Positions 24,676 to 30,852 of a stretch of DNA of 30,852 nucleotides are shown here, piece by piece. Numbering within the stretch: position 1 is the stretch's first letter; every line of letters begins with the position of its first letter. Below the pieces are notes generated by a model. The model was given only the letters and a program-made list of their open reading frames with translations. It made no database searches and had not been told where the DNA came from. The translations under genes were made by a program, and so were the position numbers. This stretch comes from a virus. Its lineage: Duplodnaviria; Caudoviricetes. The stretch is from IMG/VR virus record IMGVR_UViG_3300014613_000077, positions 1 to 30,852 of that record; one strand, given 5' to 3'.

Positions 24676-25781
24676 AAGATGAGCTGCAAATCAAGCTCTA
24701 TGATCGTAATCTTAGTTCTCCTGTTTCTTACGGGAACATCTTACCTCGCCTGCAAAGGTCAAGGTTTTCTACCAAACTACACGGTGGATTCAGTATATTC
24801 GAGTTTGTTTTAAGAACCGAACTGGCTGAAGCCTGGGAATGGTTGACCAAGAGAATGTACTATCGGATTGTAATAGAAGATCGAGGCAAGGTTCTATGGG
24901 AAGGTCGAATTCAGGATGTCTTTATTGATGCCGGATTGTGTGGAGGTACGGCTTACGGGTATTGGGCCAGCATGAATGATGGTAAATATTCGACGGCTTA
25001 TAATGATGTAGCTTCGACTGTAATCCAGGCCATTATTACGGCACAATGCCCGCAGATTCAAAATGACTATACCAACTTCGATACTACCGATATCACGATT
25101 AACAGTGCCTGGAGCGAAGAAGATTATTTTGATAAATCGCCGCGCGATCTAATAGAAAAGCTACTCGAATTTGGAGATACATCAGGAAACCAGTATTACT
25201 TTGCAATATGGGAAGACCGCATTCCTTACTTAAGGGTGCGGAGCACATCAACTATTAAATGGATGGTTTATCTCAAGGATTTAAAGAGATTCCGTCTTCA
25301 TTACCGAGCTGCCGATCTCTGGAACTCAGCATATTCAGTCTATGAAGCGGGGGGAGCTATTACCAGGACAGCAGTTACGAGTAATACAGATTCGCAGACG
25401 AAATATGGAGTTGCCAGACAGTATGCTATCCCGAATCTAGGCCCTGTTTCGTTAGCTTCAGCACAAGCGCAGAGGGACCGATGGCTAAACGAGCATAAAG
25501 ACTTATGGCCAGCAGTAGAAACTATGACATTAGGCGGATTTGTCTATGATACTAACAAGGTTAAATATCCGTCTTCCTGGGTACGGGCTGGAGAAACGAT
25601 TACCATTATCGATTTGGTGCCGGCATCAGCAACCTTAGATGTAGTTAGCCGTGATGCGCTCAGAACCTTTTTTATCATGGAAACGAATTATCACATCGAT
25701 AATGATGAAAACGAGATATGGGTCGATACTCCTTCGCAGAGATTAGATGCGATTCTCGCCAGGCATTTGAGGCACAAATGA
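24672..25781 (+). CDS. Baseplate hub / Tal-like tail protein
   Basis: ATGA overlap; WEGRI, S..KYG and RAG..I.I motifs; follows Dit. Confidence 0.7.
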   Translation: MKDELQIKLYDRNLSSPVSYGNILPRLQRSRFSTKLHGGFSIFEFVLRTELAEAWEWLTKRMYYRIVIEDRGKVLWEGRIQDVFIDAGLCGGTAYGYWASMNDGKYSTAYNDVASTVIQAIITAQCPQIQNDYTNFDTTDITINSAWSEEDYFDKSPRDLIEKLLEFGDTSGNQYYFAIWEDRIPYLRVRSTSTIKWMVYLKDLKRFRLHYRAADLWNSAYSVYEAGGAITRTAVTSNTDSQTKYGVARQYAIPNLGPVSLASAQAQRDRWLNEHKDLWPAVETMTLGGFVYDTNKVKYPSSWVRAGETITIIDLVPASATLDVVSRDALRTFFIMETNYHIDNDENEIWVDTPSQRLDAILARHLRHK

Positions 25782-26089
25782 ATCTTAAATTAGCCGCCTT
25801 TCGGAGGCGGGCGGTGGGAACCAGCAACCATCGCGGCATCACCTCCTTTGAGAAGCCCCCATCGGAGTTTTCTCCTTTCTTCGGTGGGGGCATAATTATT
25901 TTAATCAACGTGATTGTTGGAATCTGGTTGAGCTCGATCTGGATATGGGCCTTCTATCAATTATATAAAGGGTATGCTTTGGTTGAAACTAACAGGACCG
26001 TTTTACTTTTCGAGCTTTATCTATCAATCGCAGTATTGTTGTTCTTTCTATTACAGATACCGTTCTGGATAAGGAGATTAAGATGCTAG
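25778..26089 (+). CDS. Two-TM membrane protein (holin-like candidate)
   Basis: ATG at 25778 (ATGA overlap) preferred over 25718; two hydrophobic helices and a basic C-terminus. Confidence 0.65.
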   Translation: MNLKLAAFRRRAVGTSNHRGITSFEKPPSEFSPFFGGGIIILINVIVGIWLSSIWIWAFYQLYKGYALVETNRTVLLFELYLSIAVLLFFLLQIPFWIRRLRC

Positions 26090-26586
26090 ATATTAAACCG
26101 GGTGATTTATTTGCCACACCGCCTAATGGGTGGCTATCCAAGATGATCTGTAAAAGACTAGGGGCCAAGACGTTCCATTGGGGAATTATCTTGGCTGAAT
26201 GCGAGAACAAGGATTTTATCACCAGCGAAAGTACATCGAAGAAAGGGACTTCAGTTTCAAGACTGGCCGGGAGAAAAGCTCGTATCTATCGCCTCATGGG
26301 GATTTATGGCGTGACACCGCTACATCTTGTAGCCATTCACTCGGAATATGGTGAACTTCCCTATGACTGGCAGGTAGGCTTCTGGACCGGACTTTGGTGG
26401 CTGTTAAAGTCATATTTCAAAGTTATTCTTCCAGTTAGGAAGGATAATAAAGTCAACTGTCAGGAGTGGGTCTGCTTGGTAGCTAATGAACTTGGCGTGC
26501 ATCTTACTCCTGATGATGAATACCCGATCTGTACTAATCTAGAAAACTCGCCTTACTTACAGGATATGGGGGTGATAAATGAGTGA
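26083..26586 (+). CDS. Permuted papain-like NlpC/P60 (YiiX/YaeF-like) enzyme
   Basis: PGDLF...FHWGI...ES...G with the His first, then PYD...NCQEWV with the catalytic Cys last. Confidence 0.8.
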   Translation: MLDIKPGDLFATPPNGWLSKMICKRLGAKTFHWGIILAECENKDFITSESTSKKGTSVSRLAGRKARIYRLMGIYGVTPLHLVAIHSEYGELPYDWQVGFWTGLWWLLKSYFKVILPVRKDNKVNCQEWVCLVANELGVHLTPDDEYPICTNLENSPYLQDMGVINE

Positions 26587-26830
26587 CGCAGAGACTCTAG
26601 GATTGAAATCTAGGCAGGTTAAAAGGGAAAGTAGTATTAGAGATATACTGGCAATAATTTACTTCCCCTTTCTGATAGTTTGGTTTTTGCTTTTGGCTTG
26701 GATGCTTATGAATATTAACATGGATGCACTAGCCGGAGTAGGACTGGGATCAGCTACAGGTATTTTTCTAGCTAAGTTTGGCGATATGTGGCAGTTTTAT
26801 TTTCGTAAGCGTCCCGGAGATAGTAAGTGA
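26579..26830 (+). CDS. Two-TM holin-like protein
   Basis: Two hydrophobic segments, ending QFYFRKRP. Confidence 0.65.
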   Translation: MSDAETLGLKSRQVKRESSIRDILAIIYFPFLIVWFLLLAWMLMNINMDALAGVGLGSATGIFLAKFGDMWQFYFRKRPGDSK

Positions 26831-27264
26831 TTGACCTATCTTTGTTAGCTCAAGTCCTTTCAGTTTTCATTACGATAGGTATCGTCTATTTCTCCTTCAT
26901 TACCAAGCAGCAAGAGCGTATCCGAGCGGTAGAAGAGATCTCAAAGAATAATTGTAAGCGCCTGGATAAAATGGAAAGTATTGATCGGAGACTAGCCATG
27001 ATGGAGTCCAAGTATGAACTGTTCTGGAAGGTTATTGAGCCGCATCTGGAAAAGATTATCCATTCTCCTGCGCACCAAGAACGTGATTATTTAGTCAGTA
27101 AATTTGTCAACGAACATCTAACTATATGTGAACTGGAACGCTTGGCTACGTTGATGGAAGAAGCCTTAGAAGAAAACCATGATTTAAGTAAATCAATTGC
27201 CTTCTCACTATTATTAGCCCGGACACGGGTAGAAATTCTAGCAAGGGAAGAAAAAGACAAGTGA
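26827..27264 (+). CDS. N-terminal TM + coiled-coil protein
   Basis: GTGA overlap; LLAQVLSVFITIGIVYF followed by heptad-like RI.AVEE...RL..ME. Confidence 0.7.
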   Translation: MIDLSLLAQVLSVFITIGIVYFSFITKQQERIRAVEEISKNNCKRLDKMESIDRRLAMMESKYELFWKVIEPHLEKIIHSPAHQERDYLVSKFVNEHLTICELERLATLMEEALEENHDLSKSIAFSLLLARTRVEILAREEKDK

Positions 27265-27515
27265 TAGCTAACTATTTAAGCGTTATTGTAGCCGTGATCT
27301 GCTGTATAATTTCTTGGAAGATTTATCATATTACTCGGGCCAAGAGTATATTGATCTTGTTCTGTGCCGTGCTCTATGGAATGTTACTCAGGTTTCTCCT
27401 TTGTATTATCCCCACCTCGACTATAATGATAGCCTATCTAATGTTAATCTTCTGGATATTCCTGGCTGTTTCTTGCTGGATGCTCTATCGCCTCCTAAAG
27501 GGTATAATTAAGTAA
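27261..27515 (+). CDS. Three-TM membrane protein
   Basis: GTGA overlap; three hydrophobic helices in 84 aa. Confidence 0.7.
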   Translation: MIANYLSVIVAVICCIISWKIYHITRAKSILILFCAVLYGMLLRFLLCIIPTSTIMIAYLMLIFWIFLAVSCWMLYRLLKGIIK

Positions 27516-27571
27516 CCATAATCCTCCGCTGACTTTCATACGCCTCCTTAATATATAACAGTTTTGTCATA

Positions 27572-27585
27572 ATTTGTAGACAAAT
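27572..27585. promoter_or_regulatory. Palindromic operator candidate ATTTGT-AG-ACAAAT
   Basis: Perfect 6-bp inverted repeat in AT-rich intergenic DNA upstream of an HTH gene, overlapping a TAGACA -35-like hexamer. Confidence 0.45.
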
Positions 27586-27637
27586 ACTACCCTTTTTATC
27601 TAATATATTATAGATATAAGAAAGGGGGGTCTACGAG

Positions 27638-27865
27638 ATGAACATAAGCCAAAGTGATTTACTCGAATACTTAGAGCTTTATCGGGCGGGGTATCATTTA
27701 AGTCAAAAGGTACTAGCCAGGCAGTTAGGTATCTCACATAGCTATTATCGTATGATCATACACGGAAGAAGATCGGTTACTACCAAGTTTTATAAATCTG
27801 CCTTTGAGTTCATAATGGAAATCAAAAATAAAAAGGAGGAATCAACCCCATGCCACACGAAGTAG
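27638..27865 (+). CDS. XRE/Cro-like HTH transcriptional regulator
   Basis: LSQKVLARQLGISHSYYRMIIHGRR matches the HTH_3 pattern. Confidence 0.85.
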   Translation: MNISQSDLLEYLELYRAGYHLSQKVLARQLGISHSYYRMIIHGRRSVTTKFYKSAFEFIMEIKNKKEESTPCHTK

Positions 27866-28803
27866 AAACCATGATGTTTGCCGGAGAAACGCCTTGGCAC
27901 AGATTAGGTAAAGAGGTAGCTGGGCTACAGACGGCTAGAGAGGCGGTAGCCGTTGCTGGATTAGATTGGGAAGTTGAACTCTTACCAATCTATACTAAGA
28001 ATGGAGAATATGTTGAAATCACTGAAAGTAAGGCTGTTACTCGAAAGACTGATCACCGAGTATATGGTATTGTAGGAAGTCGCTATGTGCCGATCCAGAA
28101 TAACGATGCCTTTCAGTTTTTTGATCAGGTAATCGGGACCGGGAAAGCAGTATATGAAACCGCTGGTTCACTTCAAGGAGGAAAAAGAATCTGGATATTA
28201 GCTAACCTTAAAGGATCAATCGAAATAGCTGGAGACGAGATTAAGCGATATCTACTTTTAACTAACTCACATGATGGTTCAATGGCCCTTCAAATGTTCT
28301 GGACTCCGATTCGCGTAGTTTGTTGGAATACGCTTCAGAGTGCTTTCGCTAGTGCTGGGACTAGGTTCTATTCCAAGCATACCTTTAATGCTAGGCATCG
28401 CATAGATGCTGCGCAGGAGATTCTAGGATTATCCATTCGGTTCTATGATAAGTGGTTAGGCCAAGCACAGAGACTTGTTCAATATCAGCTTTCGGCCGGT
28501 GAAATGCCTAAACTACTCGCTGCTTCTTTCGGATTAACCAGAGCGGATGAAGTTATTAGCGCAGTTCTTAAGCCTCAGATTGAGAAGGCTGAAGAACTGA
28601 TTTATATAGGACGGGGCCAGGAGAATCCGAAGATTCAGGGAACAGCATGGCAGGCGTTTAATGGTATAGCCGAGTTTGTCGATCATTACCGGATATATCG
28701 GAATGGGAATACAGATGAATCAAGACTTCGCGGGCTTTTGTTCGGATCAGGAGCCGGAATTAAGGCGAGAACTTGGGATTATCTGATCAAGAAAGCGGTG
28801 TAA
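27850..28803 (+). CDS. DUF932 (TIGR03299-like) phage/plasmid protein
   Basis: PWH.LG, AGLDWEV, Y.P.QN..AF.FFD, ETAGSL.GG, NSHDGS and TPIRVVC.NTL motifs. Confidence 0.92.
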   Translation: MPHEVETMMFAGETPWHRLGKEVAGLQTAREAVAVAGLDWEVELLPIYTKNGEYVEITESKAVTRKTDHRVYGIVGSRYVPIQNNDAFQFFDQVIGTGKAVYETAGSLQGGKRIWILANLKGSIEIAGDEIKRYLLLTNSHDGSMALQMFWTPIRVVCWNTLQSAFASAGTRFYSKHTFNARHRIDAAQEILGLSIRFYDKWLGQAQRLVQYQLSAGEMPKLLAASFGLTRADEVISAVLKPQIEKAEELIYIGRGQENPKIQGTAWQAFNGIAEFVDHYRIYRNGNTDESRLRGLLFGSGAGIKARTWDYLIKKAV

Positions 28804-28845
28804 ACACCTAGCGCCAAAGTAAGAAATAGATGGGAGGATAACCCA

Positions 28846-29034
28846 ATGGCACATGGAACATCTAGCAAGACAAAAATAGTAGCCTTTCGTCTACCTGTTG
28901 ACGTTTATAACGTACTACAGCGCCGGATAGATGGGGCAAGAACTCATTGGGAATCAGTAGGGGAATATTTGCAAGATCGTATTATTTATGATGTAACCCG
29001 GAAGCATGGAGGGGCTAAAGATGAAAGACGGTGA
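28846..29034 (+). CDS. Ribbon-helix-helix DNA-binding protein
   Basis: KIVAFRLP.DVY..L........SVGEYL pattern; SD GGAGG. Confidence 0.7.
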   Translation: MAHGTSSKTKIVAFRLPVDVYNVLQRRIDGARTHWESVGEYLQDRIIYDVTRKHGGAKDERR

Positions 29035-29161
29035 TAGGTTAATCCAGGCGATAAACAGAATGCAGAGATTAAGGAATTGGATGTATGCGATGATAAGCGA
29101 GGATTATCTGGTCCGGGATAAAGTAGATTGGCTGGACTTCATTCAGGCTAATAGAAACTAA
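29021..29161 (+). CDS. 46-aa hypothetical protein (not in ORF track)
   Basis: Hand translation MKDGDRLIQAINRMQRLRNWMYAMISEDYLVRDKVDWLDFIQANRN*; SD GGAGG at 29008-29012. Confidence 0.6.
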   Translation: MKDGDRLIQAINRMQRLRNWMYAMISEDYLVRDKVDWLDFIQANRN

Positions 29162-29166
29162 AAGGC

Positions 29167-29196
29167 TTGACATAGGCTTTACATTTATGGTATTAT
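29167..29196 (+). promoter_or_regulatory. Sigma70 promoter
   Basis: TTGACA, 18 nt, TATTAT with extended TG. Confidence 0.75.
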
Positions 29197-29217
29197 CAGA
29201 GTTAAAAGGAGGCTAAA

Positions 29218-29487
29218 ATGAAGAGTAAAGAACCCAAAATCTGTTATTACTGTGGAATGCCGGTAGATGGTGGATTGGGGGTTACTTCTGTTCACATCGG
29301 AGGTCAGGGGGATGTAGGTTTTCCAGTCTGTCAGGATACCAAGGAATGCTTGAAACGGGTTGAAAAGATTAAATTCAGGTGTGCCTATTGCAAGGATCAG
29401 TTCGATCAGCTTATCGATCTAGTTAAGCATAATGTTGAAAAACATAAGACCGTTACTGATAAAATGATCGGGGAGGCGATAAGATGA
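29218..29487 (+). CDS. Double Zn-finger protein with a classical C2H2 finger
   Basis: CYYC...C....C, then FRCAYCKDQFDQLIDLVKHNVEKH; SD AAGGAGG. Confidence 0.8.
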   Translation: MKSKEPKICYYCGMPVDGGLGVTSVHIGGQGDVGFPVCQDTKECLKRVEKIKFRCAYCKDQFDQLIDLVKHNVEKHKTVTDKMIGEAIR

Positions 29488-30728
29488 AAGGCCATTGTCC
29501 GCATGGAGAGTTTGAATTAGAAAGGGGCTGCCCTCAGTGTATTAAGGAAAATACTGCAAAGAACCATAAGCAGCTAGTCCGGGTAAGGTATTTCTCAGAA
29601 ACTACCGGCGAATTAAGCCCACGAGAATACACTTACTTTTCCGAGGATACGCTGAAGGTTAATGATATTGTCGTTGTTCCAGTCCGGGATACCATCGGAA
29701 AGGCAAAGGTTAGCGTCATCGATGTGTCCGAATCTGAGATTGAAGCCTTCCGTGACAAAGTAAAAATAATACCGGCGGGATCGCTGGTACAGCCAATTGA
29801 TACAAAGATAAACCTATGCGATACCTGCAATCTTTACGATCAGTTCCCTGCTTGCACTGCATTATTAGCAGAGTTTGGTGATGGTCGGGGGAACGATAAT
29901 ATCATCAAATGCGATAATTATGTTGGTTCTGAATCTGTGGGTGTTCCGAATAGGAGTGTCCCTAACGAGACTGAGGCTGTAATACGGGTAGACCCTGGGG
30001 CTTGCCTCGCACCCAAGCATTTACCAGTTGAAGCCACTGAAATAACACTTGAGCCTCCATTAGATTTGTCTGTCCCCTCTGGCTCACCAGGGCAAATGGC
30101 CATCATTAAGGTTGGCCCTGAGTATGACCCGGCAGTATTACAGTTGTCTGAAGAAGCCAGGAAATTGAGGGACTATGCAATATCCAGAGATATTAAGGCG
30201 GTAGCCGATCTAAAACCAGCGACCGATGATTTGTCTCTGATCAGCAAGTTAAAGAAGTCGTTAAACGAACTAAAAGCTGGCTATCTTAAGCCGATCAAAG
30301 CACATATTGACTCGGTTAATGCAGCCTTTGCTTCCATCATAGCTCCCCTGGATGAGGCTGATACTTCTACTCGGTCAAAGATTATAGCCTATCGCCAGGA
30401 GCAAGATCGTAAGGCAAGGGAAGTCGAGAGAATCAACCAACTCCGCATGGAAGCAGCAGAGAAGGAAATGAAACTCAAGGGCGAGATTACCGAATCAGTC
30501 AATCTTATAGAAACTCCGCCAGCTCCCCCGGCCCATGTCAGAACCGAGGTGGGCACGCTTGGTACAATGAAGATTAGGAAATATAGGATAATCAACTTTA
30601 CTCTGCTACCAGATCAGTACAAGATCGAGAACTCGGTTTTACTTAATAAAGTGGTTAAAGCTGGGATACCTGAAATTCCTGGGGTTGAGATTTACGAAGA
30701 AGAAGTTTTAAGGGTGACTACAAGATAA
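29484..30728 (+). CDS. Multidomain protein: Cys clusters, SH3-like segment, C-terminal coiled coil with gp157-like IPGV tail
   Basis: CPH...CPQC, YTY....LKVNDIVVVPV, CDTC...C...C, long helical region, LP..Y...L...VK.G..EIPGVEIYEE. Confidence 0.6.
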   Translation: MKGHCPHGEFELERGCPQCIKENTAKNHKQLVRVRYFSETTGELSPREYTYFSEDTLKVNDIVVVPVRDTIGKAKVSVIDVSESEIEAFRDKVKIIPAGSLVQPIDTKINLCDTCNLYDQFPACTALLAEFGDGRGNDNIIKCDNYVGSESVGVPNRSVPNETEAVIRVDPGACLAPKHLPVEATEITLEPPLDLSVPSGSPGQMAIIKVGPEYDPAVLQLSEEARKLRDYAISRDIKAVADLKPATDDLSLISKLKKSLNELKAGYLKPIKAHIDSVNAAFASIIAPLDEADTSTRSKIIAYRQEQDRKAREVERINQLRMEAAEKEMKLKGEITESVNLIETPPAPPAHVRTEVGTLGTMKIRKYRIINFTLLPDQYKIENSVLLNKVVKAGIPEIPGVEIYEEEVLRVTTR

Positions 30729-30741
30729 AGGAGATTGAAGA

Positions 30742-30852
30742 ATGAAGATAGAAATTAAAAGTCGGGGGGATGATTTTATCATTCTATCTGGTAATTATGA
30801 ATCAGTAAAAGATTGTCTAGAAAAGAATAGAGGCGCATACCTCGAAGGCGCA
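30742..30852 (+). CDS. Pentapeptide-repeat protein (5' partial)
   Basis: SD AAGGAG; MKIEIKSR...SVKDCLEKNRGAYLEGA, a typical phage leader followed by the first A(Y/N/D)LxG repeat. Confidence 0.7.
   Translation, partial: MKIEIKSRGDDFIILSGNYESVKDCLEKNRGAYLEGA

Noticed and set aside
1-30852. CRISPR array, tRNA/rRNA, integrase/att site, alternative genetic code
   Set aside because: No regularly spaced repeats, cloverleaf or recombinase motifs noticed by eye; genes tile densely under the standard code, and TAA, TAG and TGA all act as stops.

Overview
A continuous + strand segment of a tailed dsDNA phage or prophage (siphovirus-like, Mu-type head module, sigma70-type promoters, so probably a bacterial host). 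Gene order: DUF1643 protein; probable small terminase; a SAM-methyltransferase / PAPS-reductase (IbrA-like) / small ORF / ParB (IbrB-like) cassette coupled to the large terminase; DUF935-type portal; MuF-like head protein; Com-like protein; protease/scaffold; cement protein; major capsid protein; about 5 kb of fibre/decoration genes; neck genes; three tail-tube-like paralogues; frameshifted tail chaperones; a short tape measure protein; Dit and hub; a lysis-position cluster with no recognisable peptidoglycan hydrolase; and the start of an early region. The top finding is a 280-aa intein (8673-9512) in the MuF-like gene that starts with Ala and ends Ser-Asn/Cys (KlbA/class-2-like). It has no endonuclease motif in its own frame. 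Its opposite strand instead encodes an HTH + DUF559/Vsr-like endonuclease (9434-8727), read codon-for-codon antisense, with its own perfect extended -10 promoter (TGATATAAT) and an SD-like site inside the intein's C-terminal splicing codons. This looks like an intein with an antisense-encoded, separately expressed homing endonuclease. All family calls come from reading motifs by eye; no database searches were run.
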